In this document: positions 12,601 through 27,025 of the stretch, in pieces
Layout: the number at the start of each line of letters is the position of its first letter
Numbering within the stretch: the first letter of the stretch is position 1
DNA from: Amphiscolops sp. MND2022
Lineage: Eukaryota
Assembly (NCBI GenBank): GCA_964187785.1
Contig: OZ076409.1
Span: 72,790,001-72,854,000 of the forward strand
Direction of reading: 5' to 3'
DNA length: 64,000 bases
Position numbers and translations under genes: made by a program
The notes under the pieces: model-generated
Told to the model about the DNA's origin: nothing
Databases searched by the model: none
The model's input: the letters and a program-made list of their open reading frames with translations, nothing else

Positions 12601-14798
12601 CAATCGGACTTAAACTCGAGGAGATATAGCGTTTTTCCGGAGCGGGGGGGTTTCATTTTTCTAACGGTCCAGCTTATCTTTGCCATTTTTTCGAAAATGC
12701 ACTCGCCTAAAGGCCTCCCCTGGCCGGTTTTATTCCCAGCAAAACCATTTGGCCCTAAATACGGAGTTTCAGCGTTCCAGCATTCCCGGGCGAAAAGTTG
12801 TGGGACTTAGAAAATTTCAAAAATTTTCAAAAATTTTTTTTCCGTTATTTGGGCCCCCAAAGTGGGGGAAAAGACCCCCCAACCAGTAAAGCAAGTGAAT
12901 GCATGTGCAAAGCCCTTGTTTAGAGGAGAAAAATGCCGTTTAGAACGTCTTTTTATCTTGGCTCAACGTTGACTTATGACGTTTTGAAGGTGATGTTTGG
13001 AGGTGTAAATCACGTGAATAGTAAACGTTATGAGTATTTATCTGATCTGAAAGCCATTGAGATGCAATATGGTTTGCTCAAAACGTAATTCATGGCAGTT
13101 TGGCAATCAATCAACACCCTTTGTTGTCGTTTGACATACTTTTTTGTTGTTATAATAGAAATTTTGTGTATTTGTTCATTTTTTTCTCATCAAATAACTT
13201 GAAACAGTTGAGTACATTCCATCCCCCCTTCCGGGGGAGATGAGAATGTACTCGCAAAAAGCAGCGAATTACGGCCCTTACCTTCCCGAGCTACGCAGTA
13301 TAAGGATTACATATTGGTTCCGACATTTTCATAGAGTTAAATCTTGGTAATCTGTCTGGATATGCAGAAAAATCAGCACGTGCCTTTTAATACCAAGTTG
13401 CTCACAACGACAATTATTTTATATCAACGCCCCCATATTTATCAACGCCCCCCGTCCGTGGGCATGCCGAGGCATGCCCTTCGACGACGTATACCAAGAT
13501 ATACATCGAGCGCGTTAGCCTAGGTGCCGGTGTATTTTTACACAATGGGGGATGTTGCGCGTGTGGGGAGGGTCCCTGACGCGCTTCCGTGGTTTCGGGT
13601 CTTCTAACCTATGATAGCGTGACACCTGACTTCGATCTCGTAAACTAGCCGTACGATTTGGCTGAAATTTGGCACACGTACCCCCCTCGGCACGGTGAAG
13701 ATGATTTCCTACTGACGTTTTTCCCGCTAAACATTTTTTGTTGACCAAAATAACGGTTTTTGGGGTAAAATTTTGAATTTTTTTTATATTTCATCTTATA
13801 TCTCGCCTCGGATACACGCTAGCGCTTCCAAACCTTGCTGACGAAAGCTTGCAAACTGTCTCAGGAATGCTGTGTGAAATTTTCAGCTCAATCGGACTTA
13901 AACTCGGGGAGATATAGCGTTTTTTCGGAGCGGGGGGGTTTCATTTTTCTAACGGTCCAGCTTATCTTTGCCATTTTTTCGAAAATGCACTCGCCTAAAG
14001 GCCTCCCCTGGCCGGTTTTATTCCCAACAAAACCATTTGGCCCTAAATACGGAGTTTCAGCGTTCCAGCATTCCCGGGCGAAAAGTTGTGGGACTTAGAA
14101 AAGTTCAAAAATTTTCAAAAAAAATTTTTTCCGTTATTTGGGCCCTCAAAGTGGGGGAAAAGACCCCCCAACCAGTAAAGCAAGTGAATGCATGTGGAAA
14201 GCCCTTGTTTAGACGAGAAAAATGCCGTTTAGAACGTCTTTTTATCTTAACTTGACATTGACTTTTATGGTTTTGAAGGTGACCGTTAGATACGGAAAAT
14301 TGATGTTTTGAGTATTTATCCCATCTGAAAGCCATTGAGATACAACATGTTTTGCTCAAAACGTGTTTCATTGCAGTTTCGCTGTCCAATATCACCCTTT
14401 GGTGTCTTTTCACGTAATTTTCGTTTCTATAATAACAATTTTTTTGTGTATTTATTCATTTTTTTCTCATCAAATAACTTGAAACAGTTGAGTACATTCC
14501 ATCTCCCTTCCCGGGGGAGATGAGAATGTACTCGCTAAAGGTCAGGAACTACGGTCTATATCTTCCACAACACAAAAGGGATTGCAAATGGTTTCAGTTT
14601 GTCGCAGAAAACTTCTTTTTGCCCTCTGTGACTCGACAAAATGAACGTTTCTTACTTACTTTGAAACTCAGCATACCACAACTCATCTCTAACGTCAGCG
14701 CCCCCCTACTTGCATCAACGCCCACCGTCCGTGGGCATGCCGAGGCATGCCCTTCGACGACGTATACCAAGATATACCTGGAGCGCGGTAGCTGCTAG

Positions 14799-17353
14799 GT
14801 GGCCGGAAATTTTTTTTTCATCAAAATCTTTGCCATTGGGGGAGGGGCCCCGGATGGCCAGTAGTTCGGCTTGGCTACCTGCAAAATCAGGTACAAAAAA
14901 ACACGATCTCAAAATTGGCCCGTCAGAAATCGCTCATTTTTTGCATGCGGCCCTAAAATCAATATATAAGAACAAAGTCCTGCTGACGTTTTGCCGAAAA
15001 AACATTTTTTGTTGACCAAAAATAACATTTTTCATGCCAAAATGACCGTTTTTTCACATTTTTCAACTTTGAGAGCTCATATCTCGTTCCCAGGTGCCCG
15101 GAGCGGTTCGCACGTGAACTGCAATATTGCTCAGCGTTGTTAATGGAGTGCGTGGACAAATTTTGGTCTGAATCGGACTTAAACTCGGGGAGATGTAAAC
15201 GGATTTTTGGGGGTTTCCGGGGTAAATTTTTTAACGGTCCAGCTTATCTTTGCCATTTTTTGGAAAATGTACTCGCCTAAAGGCCTCCCCCTGGCCGAAT
15301 TTACTCCCAGCAAAACCATTTGGCCGTAAATACGGAGTTTCAGCGTTCTAGTATTTCCGGGCGAAAAGTTGTGGGACTTAGAAAAAATTCAAAATTTTTC
15401 AAAAAATTTTTTTTTCGTTTTCCGGCCCCCCAATGAAGGGGAACGACCCCCCAACTAGGATTTTTGGTGAATCCATGCGAAAAGGTCTTGTTTAGTGGAG
15501 AAAAATGCCGTTTAGAGCGACTTTTTATCTTAACTTGACGTTGACTTATGTCGTTTTGAATTTGATATTAGTATGTGTTGAGCATGTGAAAAGTTGAACA
15601 TTTCAGTTGTTCTTTCGTGTTAGCCATTGAGATACAAGCTGTAGTGATCAAATTGTGATTTTTTGCAGTTTCGTGGTGCTTTTGGTGTATTTTGATTCTT
15701 TTGATAAAAAAGTTGTTCTTTATATATTGACAATTTTGGTGTATTGATTCAAATGAACATGAAACAGTTGAGTACATTTCATCTCCCTCTTGGGGGAGAT
15801 GAGAATGTACTCGCTAAAGTCCTAGTACTATGACCCATTTTTGTTTTTATCAGACGCAGATACTGCCAACGGATACTTTTTGCTGGTGCAACTTTCCTGT
15901 GCACAATGTCTTTAGAAGCTAGAAAACTCTATGTCTCTAGCTTACTTCTCCTACAATTTCGTCACCAACGTCAACGCCACACACTCTCACTAACGCCCAC
16001 CGTCTGTGGGCATGCCGAGGCATGCCCTTCGACGACGTATGCCAAATAGCGCCACAGGGCGCCCAATTTTGTCTAGGTGGCCGGAAATTTTTTTTTTCAT
16101 CAAAATCTTTGCCATTGGGGGAGGGGCCCCGGATGGCCAGTAGTTCGGCTTGGCTACCTGCAAAATCAGGTACAAAAAAACACGATCTCAAAATTGGCCC
16201 GTCAGAAATCGCTCATTTTTTGCATGCGGCCCTAAAATCAATATATAAGAACAAAGTCCTGCTGACGTTTTGCCGAAAAAACATTTTTTGTTGACCAAAA
16301 ATAACATTTTTCATGCCAAAATGACTGTTTTTTCACATTTTTCAACTTTGAGAGCTCATATCTCGTTCCCAGGTACCCGGAGCGGTTCGCACGTGAACTG
16401 CAATATTGCTCAGCGTTGTTAACGGAGTGCGTGGACAAATTTTGGTCCAAATCGGACTTAAACTCGGGGAGATGTAAACGGATTTTTGGGGGTTTCCGGG
16501 GTAAATTTTTTAACGGTCCAGCTTATCTTTGCCATTTTTTGGAAAATGTACTCGCCTAAAGGCCTCCCCCTGGCCGAATTTACTCCCAGCAAAACCATTT
16601 GGCCCTAAATACGGCGTTTCAGCGTTCTAGCATTTGCGGGCGAAAAGTTGTGGGACTTAGAAAAAATTCAAAATTTTTCAAAAATTTTTTTTTCGTTTTC
16701 CGGCCCCCCAATGAAGGGGAACGACCCCCCAACTAGGATTTTTGGTGAATCCATGCGAAAACGTCTTGTTTAGTGGAGAAAAATGCCGTTTAGAGCGACT
16801 TTTTATCTTAACTTGACGTTGACTTATGTCGTTTTGAATTTGATATTAGTATGTGTTGAGCATGTGAAAAGTTGAACATTTCAGTTGTTCTTTCGTGTTA
16901 GCCATTGAGATACAAGCTGTAGTGATCAAATTGTGATTTTTTGCAGTTTCGTGGTGCTTTTGGTGTATTTTGATTCTTTTGATAAAAATTTGTTCTTTAT
17001 ATATTGACAATTTTGGTGTATTGATTCAAATGAACATGAAACAGTTGAGTACATTTCATCTCCCTCTTGGGGGAGATGAGAATGTACTCGCTAAAGTCCT
17101 AGTACTATGACCCATTTTTGTTTTTATCAGACGCAGATACTGCCAACGGATACTTTTTGTTGGTGCCACTTTCCTGTGCACAATGTCTTTAGAAGCTAGA
17201 AAACTCTATGTCTCTAGCTTACTTCTCCTACAAATTCGTCACCAACGTCAACGCCACACACTTTCACTAACGCCCACCGTCTGTGGGCATGCCGAGGCAT
17301 GCCCTTCGACGACGTATGCCAAATAGCGCCACAGGGCGCCCAATTTTGTCTAG
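14799..17353 (+). repeat. Recent direct duplication of one cassette (14799-16076 and 16077-17353)
   Basis: Two adjacent units with the same head, middle and tail, differing only by scattered substitutions. Confidence 0.93.
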
Positions 17354-19357
17354 GTGGTCGGGGTTTTCTCCCCACCTTTATTTGCGAGCGCGGGAGACGG
17401 GTCCTGTCGCGAGCCTTAGATACCAAAAATAGCCTATCCGCGACCGGGTCAAAAAAATGCGATCTCGAAAACTAGCCGTACGATTCGGCTGAAATTTGGC
17501 ACACGGCTTCCTATAACAGTTCTAAGAAACATTTACTACTGACGTTTTGCTGGCAAAAATCGAAAAGTGGGTCAAAATAACGGTTTTTGGGGTAAAAAGT
17601 AGCGTTTTTTTGAAAATTTTGCATTTCACAGCCAATTACTCGGGACTGGTTGGTCCAGCGCAGTAACGCCTTGCTGATTTATTGTTGGGCGCGTCAAGAA
17701 GCGTACGTACACAAATTTTGGTCCATATCGGACTGAAACTTGGGGAGATATTAACGGTAGTTTGGGGGTTTCAAACCGCTATTTTACCGGAAATTGCACT
17801 TTTTGACCGGGAAGGAGTTGTCTGAGTGCGGGGTCGTCTGGTAATGTTTTGTAGAGCATCTGGGGACGTAGTGGGGGACATGTAATTTAATGACCCCGGT
17901 TAACCCCTCGGACGGGAAATGACCGTTATGTGGGTTTTAAATGTGGCCCCCGCCAATTTTCCCCGTTATTTCCGGTGTGAAGGAGTGGTAGTAGCGCGTC
18001 GGGTGCCTTATATCAAAAGTACGTTTAGACAAGGACCTATTGGAAACATATGGTTTGGGACCCTTTGAACGGACCCGTTAGCCGCTAATGGGGTGACTGC
18101 CTCCTTTTTTTGGGGGTAAAACCGTAAAACGGGCATTGAAGTGAAATTAACTCGTGAACGCGTGGAGCTATCGTGTCCTTCACTACTACAAGGTTTCATA
18201 CCCATGATATGGTGCCTTCAGGGGGGCGAACAGATTTCCGCTATCTATCACCGTTACGGACTTGGCCCCCCAGCCTAACCGCTATGTGACCGGAAATGTC
18301 ACTTTTTGAGCCCAAAGTGTCGGTCCCAGCGTGGCAACGTTAGGTAACCTATTGTAGTACACATTGAGACGAGTTGGGGGATTTAGTTTCAGTCACACCC
18401 TGTTGGCCCGTTAGGTCGGAAATGACCGTTATGTAGTGAAAAATGGGATTTTTATAGTTTTTGAAGGCCATTTCGGGCAGGAATATGACTTTGGACACCA
18501 TATGATGGAAGACGTGAAGTGTGACGAGCATTCCGGATTAACCGTTATGATGACCCGGAAGTCCCCCTGGCCCCGGAAATGACCAAAAAATGTAACATTT
18601 TGTGTTTTTTGATTAAAAATGTTTGTTATTTAACCGAATAAAGTACATGTTAGGTGTTTCAATTTCTTCCAGAGGTGAATATAGTCCAATTACATGGTGG
18701 GGGGTAACGGTATATTGCCCCGGAAGTCCAACACGTTGGGTCTGAGTATGTTTTTCGGGTTTTAAAATGTGTCAAAACGTACTTTTGTGTAATAAATCTC
18801 TATTGTAGGCTAATAAGGACCATTTTTGAAGAGTTTAAATTTTTTCATAGTAGTTTGTGGAACACCAAAACCTCAAAAAACATAACCGTTATAATATGAT
18901 AGCCTTTCAAGTTGGCCTTGTGTCAACTTGGAAAGGCTATCCTTCAAGACTCATGCAACAAAGAAGTTTTTGGGTACATTTGTAATGCTTTAGTGTCAAT
19001 TAGAGTATCAACAAGAGTATACCAAGCACTAAAACTATGTCTAGTTTTCGTTATTAGGATATTAGTTTCCTGAATATTTGTCGGAAATGCTTTTTTTAAT
19101 CTCTTTTAATGTGGTCTAAATACTCTGAAAACACTTTATCGAACCAATTTTCTTGGATGAACCTTAGTAACAATACTAAAAATCGTAGACAACCTTGCTT
19201 CGTTTAAATATTTGAAGCTGAAACCGCACCTTACCGTTGCTCAAACTTCAACCGACGCCCCATAGCATACATCAACGCCCATCGTCTGTGGGCATGCCGA
19301 GGCATGCCCTTCGACGACGTATGCCAAATACCTTTAACCCGACGCCCGCAGTCCTGG
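17354..19357 (+). repeat. Long cassette type L1 (2004 bp)
   Basis: Near-identical to 1-1969 and 28312-30326. It carries a 10-bp deletion near 18483 (GGAGGGGTAA missing). Confidence 0.95.
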
Positions 19358-22300
19358 GTGGCCGTGTCTTTTCGACGTGCTTTTGCATTGAGGAGTGGGT
19401 AGGGCCCCGCGACGACCTAGAAGAATTGGATGCTCACCGAAACGTGCAGAATTCTACGAGATCTCATAGTTTGAGCCATACGATTTTTCTGAAATTTGGC
19501 ATGTGGCCTGGAATTGGTGAGTAGGTAAAACGTGTAAGAGGTGATTTTTCCCAAATTCCACTGTGAGACGAGATATGGGCAAATAACGGACCCAAAAATG
19601 GGGAAAATGCACTTTTTTCAAGTTTGTTAGCCAATATCTCATTTCAAGGTGCCCGTAGCGTTCCGGACGTGGACGTCAATATTGCTCAGCGCTGTTAGAA
19701 GAGTGCGTGGACAAATTTTGGTTCAAATCGGACTGAAACTTGGCGAGAAATTAACGGTTTTTTGGGCGTTTCCGGGGTAAATTTTTTAACGGTCCAGCTT
19801 ATCTTTGCCATTTTTTCGAAAATGTACATGCCTAAAGGCCTCCCCCTGGCCGAATTTACTCCCAGCAAACCCATTTGGCCCCAAATACGGAGTTTCAGCG
19901 TTCCAGCATTCCGGGGCGGAAAGTTGTGGGACTTGGAAAAATTTCAAAATTTTTTCAAATTTTTTTTTTTCGTTTTCCGGCCCCCCAATGAAGGGGAACG
20001 ACCCCCCAACCAGTATTTTGAGTGAATTTATGTGAAAAGACCATGTTTAGAGGAGAAAAATGCCGTTTAGAACGTCTTTTTATCTTAACTTGACATTAAC
20101 TTATGGCGTTTTGATTGTGATGTTAGGATATATGAAGCATGTTAAAAGTTGAAGTTTTGAGTCTTTATCTCATCGGTTGTGATTTTCATTGTAGGTTTGC
20201 TAAAAACGATTTTCATTGTAGGTTAGCAGAGTATTAGTACACTTTGATGTCATTTGAGTATTTTTTCTTCTATATAATAACTGTTTTTATGTATTTATTC
20301 CAATTTATCTCATCTTTTAACATCAAGCAGTTGAGTACATTTCATCTCCCTTTCGGGGGAGATGAGAATGTACTCGCTAAAAACCTAATGCTATGGCGCC
20401 AATGTTTGGATGGGAAGTTTTCTATGCTTTGAAAAAAGTAATTTTTAATTACTTGATTTTTTAAAACAATAATTAACATGAAGTACATTACTTGCTCCTA
20501 CTACTACCACCATACATCTCTAACGTCAACGCCCCCTGCTTGCATCAACGCCCCATCGTCCGTGGGCATGCCGAGGCATGCCCTTCGACGACGTATGCCA
20601 AATGCCCAGTGCCACGCAGTCTTTCCCCGCTAGGTGGCCGTGTCTTTTCGACGTGCTTTTGCATCGAGGAGTGGGTAGGGCCCCGCGACGACCTAGAAGA
20701 ATTGGATGCTCACCGAAACGTGCAGAATTCTACGAGATCTCATAGTTTGAGCCATACGATTTTTCTGAAATTTGGCATGTGGCCTGGAATTGGTGAGTAG
20801 GTAAAACGTGTAGGAGGTGATTTTTCCCAAATTCCACTGTGAGACGAGATATGGGCAAATAACGGTCCCAAAAATGGCAAAAATGCACTTTTTTCAACTT
20901 TGTCAGCCCATATCTCGTTCCCAGGTGCCCGGAGCGGGACGCGTTAAGCTGATTATAAACTCTAGGGTGTTGAGGCTGTACGGGGAAGTCAGGCCCGTTC
21001 CGATCGGACTTGTAGTCTTGGAGAAATAACGGTATTTTTGGGGAACCTTTTCTAACGGTCCAGCTTATCTTTGCCATTTTTTCGAAAATGTACTCGCCTA
21101 AAGGCCTCCCCCTGGCCGAATTTACTCCCAGCAAAACCATTTGGCCCTAAATACGGAGTTTCAGCGTTCCAGCATTCCCGGGCGAAAAGTTGTGGGACTT
21201 GGAAAATTTTCAAAAATTTTCAAAAAATTTTTTTTTCGTTTTCCGGGCCCCCAATGAAGGGGAAACGACCCCCCAACCAGTATTTTGAGTGAATTCATGT
21301 GGAAAGCCCTTGTTTTGACGAGAAAAATACCGTTTAGAACATCTTTTTATCTTGACTCAACGTTGACTTATGACGTTTTGAATGTGATGTAAGGATGTAG
21401 GAGGCATGTGATAAGTTGATGTTTTGAGTCTTTATCTCATATGAAAGCGGTTGAGATGCAAGCTGTCCTGCTCAAAACGTCTTTCGTTGTAACTTTCCAG
21501 TGCACCAATACCCTTTGGTGTCATATAAACATACTTTTTGTCGGTATATTAACAATTTTAATGTATTTATTCCAATTTTTATTATCTTATAACTCAAAAC
21601 AGTTGAGTACATTTCATCTCCCTTTCGGGGGAGATGAGAATGTACTCGCTAAAGACCTAGCGCCATGACCAAAAATTTGAAACCCACGTTTTTTATCTTC
21701 TTACAGACTTGTTTTTGTATTTTTTCGGAATTTTTTAAAAATTAATATACTTGAAATACATTACTTGACTTTACTACTACAACCCACCTCCAACGACAAC
21801 GCCCCCCTGCTTGCATCAACGCCCACCGTCCGTGGGCATGCCGAGGCATGCCCTTCGACGACGTATGCCAAATGCCCAGTGCCACGCAGTCATTATCGCT
21901 AGGTGGCCGTGTCTTTTCGACGTGCTTTTGCATTGAGGAGTGGGTAGGGCCCCGCGACGACCTAGAAGAATTGGATGCTCACCGAAACGTGCAGAATTCT
22001 ACGAGATCTCATAGTTTGAGCCATACGATTTTTCTGAAATTTGGCATGTGGCCTGGAATTGGTGAGTAGGTAAAACGTGTAGGAGGTAATTTTTCCCAAA
22101 TTCCATTGTGAGAGGAGATATGGGCAAATAACGGACCCAAAAATGGGGAAAATGCACTTTTTTCAAGTTTGTCAGCCAATATCTCATTTCCAGGTGCCCG
22201 TAGCGTTCCGCACGTGGACATCAATATTGCTCAGCGCTGTTAGAAGAGTGCGTGGACAAATTTTGGTTCAAAGCGGACTGAAACTTGGCGAGAAATTAAC

Positions 22301-25300
22301 GGTTTTTTGGGCGTTTCCGGGGTAAATTTTTTAACGGTCCAGCTTATCTTTGCCATTTTTTCGAAAATGTACTTGCCTAAAGGCCTCCCCCTGGCCGAAT
22401 TTCCTCCCAGCAAACCCATTTGGCCCTAAATACGGAGTTTCAGCGTTCCAGCATTTCCGGGCGAAAAGTTGTGGGACTTAGAAAAATTTCAAAATTTTTC
22501 AAAAAAATTTTTTTCCGTTTTCCGCCCCCCCCCCCAGAGGGGAAAAGACCCCCCAACCAGTATTTTGAGGGATTGCATGTCGAAAGCCCTTGTTTTGACG
22601 AGAAAAATACCGTTTAGAACATCTTTTTATTTTAACTTGACGTTGACTAATGACGTTTTGAATGTGATGTTTGGACGTGTGAGGCATGTGAAAAGTTGAT
22701 GTTTTGAGTCTTTATCTCATGTGAAAGCGATTGAGATGCAAGCTGTACTGCTCAAAACGTCTTTCGTTGTAGTTTTCCAGTGCCGCAATAACCTTTGATG
22801 TCATTTGAATATACTTTTCTTCGATATATTAACAATTTTATTGTATTTATTCCAATTTTTGTTATCTTATAACTCAAAACAGTTGAGTACATTTCATCTC
22901 CCTTTCGGGGGAGATGAGAATGTACTCGCTAAAAACCTAGTGCTATTGCGCCGCAATGATTGCAAAAGTTGTTTTTACTGCTGTTCCACAAGCATTTTTA
23001 AACTGACTTTTTTAAAACTATTAATTAACTTAAAGTACATTACTTGAACTTACTACTAATACCACCTATCTCTAACGTCAACACCCCCCTGCTTGCATCA
23101 ACGCCCACCGTCCGTGGGCATGCCGAGGCATGCCCTTCGACGACGTATGCCAAATGCCCAGTGCCACGCAGTCTTTTCCCGCTAGGTGGCCGTGTCTTTT
23201 CGACGTGCTTTTGCATTGAGGAGTGGGTAGGGCCCCGCGACGACCTAGAAGAATTGGATGCTCACCGAAACGTGCAGAATTCTACGAGATCTCATAGTTT
23301 GAGCCATACGATTTTTCTGAAACTTGGCATGTGGCCTGGAATTGGTGAGTAGGTAAAACGTGTAGGAGGTAATTTTTCCCAAATTCCATTGTGAGAGGAG
23401 ATATGGGCAAATAACGGACCCAAAAATGGGGAAAATGCACTTTTTTCAAGTTTGTCAGCCAATATCTCATTTCCACGTGCCCGTAGCGTTCCGCACGTGG
23501 ACATCAATATTGCTCAACGCTGTTGGAGGAGTGCGTGGACAAATTTTGGTTTAAATCGGACTTAAACTTGACGAGAAATTAACGGTTTTTTGGGCGTTTC
23601 CGGGGTAAATTTTTTAACGGTCCAGCTTATCTTTGCCATTTTTTCGAAAATGTACATGCCTAAAGGCCTCCCCCTGGCCGAATTTACTCCCAGCAAACCC
23701 ATTTGGCCCTAAATACGGAGTTTCAGCTGTCCAGCATTTCCGGGCGAAAAGTTGTGGGACTTGGAAAAATTTCAAAATTTTTTCAAAAATTTTTTTTCCC
23801 GTTTTCCGGGCCCCCAATGAAGGGGAACGACCCCCCAACCAGTATTTTGAGTGAATTCATGTGGAACGCCCATGTTTGGAGGAGAAAAATGCCGTTTAGC
23901 ACATCTTTTTATCTTAACTTGACATTGACTTATGACGTTTTGAATGTGATGTTAGGATATATGAAGCATGTTAAAAGTTGAAGTTTTGAGTCTTTATCTC
24001 ATCGGAAAACCATTGAGATACAAGCAGTTTTGCTAAAAACGATTTTCATTGTAGGTTAGCAGAGTATTAGTACACTTTGATGTCATTTGAGTATTTTTTT
24101 CTTCTATATAATAACTGTTTTTATGTATTTATTCCAATTTATCTCATCTTTTAACATCAAGCAGTTGAGTACATTTCATCTCCCTTTCGGGGGAGATGAG
24201 AATGTACTCGCTAAAAACCTAATGCTATGGCGCCAATGTTTGGATGGGAAGTTTTCTATGCTTTGAAAAAAGTTATTTTTAATTACTTGATTTTTTAAAA
24301 CAATAATTAACATGAAGTACATTACTTGCTCCTACTACTACCACCATACATCTCTAACGTCAACGCCCCCTGCTTGCATCAACGCCCCATCGTCCGTGGG
24401 CATGCCGAGGCATGCCCTTCGACGACGTATGCCAAATGCCCAGTGCCACGCAGTCTTTCCCCGCTAGGTGGCCGTGTCTTTTCGACGTGCTTTTGCATCG
24501 AGGAGTGGGTAGGGCCCCGCGACGACCTAGAAGAATTGGATGCTCACCGAAACGTGCAGAATTCTACGAGATCTCATAGTTTGAGCCATACGATTTTTCT
24601 GAAATTTGGCATGTGGCCTGGAATTGGTGAGTAGGTAAAACGTGTAGGAGGTAATTTTTCCCAAATTCCATTGTGAGAGGAGATATGGGCAAATAACGGA
24701 CCCAAAAATGGGGAAAATGCTTTTTTTTCAAGTTTGTCAGCCCATATCTCGTTTCCACGTGCTCGGAGCGGGACGCGTTAAGCTGATTATAAACGCTACG
24801 GTGTTGGGGCTGTACGGGGAACTTAGGCTCGTTTCGATCGGATAAGTGGTCTTGAAGAAATAACGGTATTTTTGGGGGTTTCCGGGTTAAAATTTTTAAC
24901 GGTCCAGCTTATCTTTGCCATTTTTTCGAAAATGTACTCGCCTAAAGGCCTCCCCCTGGCCGAATTTACTCCCAGCAAAACCATTTGGCCCTAAATACGG
25001 AGTTTCAGCGTTCCAGCATTCCCGGGCGAAAAGTTGTGGGACTTGGAAAAATTTCAAAAATTTTCAAAATTTTTTTTAACGTTTTCCGGGCCCCCAATGA
25101 AGGGGAAACGACCCCCCAACCCTTATTTTGAGTGAATGCATGTGGAAAGGCCATGGTTAGAGGAGAAAAATGCCGTTTAGATTGTCTTTCTATTTTAACT
25201 TGACATTGACTTATGACGTTTTGAATGTGATGTTAGGATGTGTGAGGCATGTGAAAAGTTGATGTTTTGAGTCTTATCTCATATGAAAGCAATTGAGATG

Positions 25301-27025
25301 CACGCTGTCCTGCTCAAAACGTCTTTCGTTGTAGTTTTCCAGTGCACCAGAACCCTTTGGTGTCATTTGAACATACTTTTCTTCGGTTTATTAACATTTT
25401 TAATGTATTTATTCCAATTTTTATTATCTTATAGCTCAAAACAGTTGAGTACATTTCATCTCCCTTTCGGGGGAGATGAGAATGTACTCGCTAAAGACCT
25501 AGCGCCATGACCAAAAGTTTGAAACCCGCGTTTTTTATCTTCTTACAGACTTGTTTTTGTATTTTTTCGGAATTTTTTAAAAATTAATATACTTGGAATA
25601 CATTACTTGACTTTACTACTACAATCCACCTCCAACGTCAACGCCCCCCTGCTTGCATCAACGCCCCATCGTCCGTGGGCATGCCGAGGCATGCCCTTCG
25701 ACGACGTATGCCAAATGCCCAGTGCCACGCAGTCTTTTCCCGCTAGGTGGCCGTGTCTTTTCGACGTGCTTTTGCATTGAGGAGTGGGTAGGGCCCCGCG
25801 ACGACCTAGAAGAATTGGATGCTCACCGAAACGTGCAGAATTCTACGAGATCTCATAGTTTGAGCCATACGATTTTTCTGAAATTTGGCATGTGGCCTGG
25901 AATTGGTGAGTAGGTAAAACGTGTAGGAGGTGATTTTTCCCAAATTCCACTGTGAGACGAGATATGGGCAAATAACGGACCCAAAAATGGCAAAAATGCA
26001 CATTTTTCAACTTTGTCACCCAATATCTCTTTTCCAGGTGCCCGTAGCGTTCCGCACGTGGACATCAATATTGCTCAGCGCTGTTGGAGGAGTGCGTGGA
26101 CAAATTTTGGTTTAAATCGGACCTAAACTTGACGAGAAATTAACGGTTTTTTGGGCGTTTCCGGGGTAAATTTTTTAACGGTCCAGCTTATCTTTGCCAT
26201 TTTTTCGAAAATGTACATGCCTAAAGGCCTCCCCCTGGCCGAATTTGCTCCCAGCAAACCCATTTGGCCCTAAATACGGAGTTTCAGCGTTCCAGCATTC
26301 CGGGGCGGAAAGTTGTTGGACTTGGAAAAATTTCAAAATTTTTTCAAAAATTTTTTTTTCCGTTTTCCGGGCCCCCAATGAAGGGGAACGACCCCCCAAC
26401 CAGTATTTTGAGTGAATTCATGTGGAACGCCCATGTTTGGAGGAGAAAAATGCCGTTTAGCACATCTTTTTATCTTAACTTGACATTGACTTATGACGTT
26501 TTGAATGTGATGTCAGGATATATGAAGCATGTTAAAAGTTGAAGTTTTGAGTCTTTATCTCATCGGAAAACCATTGAGATACAAGCAGTTTTGCTAAAAA
26601 CGATTTTCATTTTAGGTTAGCAGAGTATTAGTACACTTTGATGTCATTTGAGTATTTTTTTCTTCTATATAATAACTTTTATGTATTTATTCCAATTTAT
26701 CTCATCTTTTAACATCAAGCAGTTGAGTACATTTCATCTCCCTTTCGGGGGAGATGAGAATGTACTCGCTAAAAACCTAATGCTATGGCGCCAATGTTTG
26801 GATGGGAAGTTTTCTATGCTTTGAAAAAAGTTATTTTTAATTACTTGATTTTTTAAAACAATAATTAACATGAAGTACATTACTTGCTCCTACTACTACC
26901 ACCATACATCTCTAACGTCAACGCCCCCTGCTTGCATCAACGCCCCATCGTCCGTGGGCATGCCGAGGCATGCCCTTCGACGACGTATGCCAAATGCCCA
27001 GTGCCACGCAGTCTTTCCCCGCTAG
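19358..27025 (+). repeat. Run of six cassettes sharing one head type (GTGGCCGTGTCTTTTCGACG...) but with three different tails and two middle modules
   Basis: Starts at 19358, 20634, 21903, 23186, 24468 and 25747. The same head also occurs at 9686, 30327 and 63300. Confidence 0.9.
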
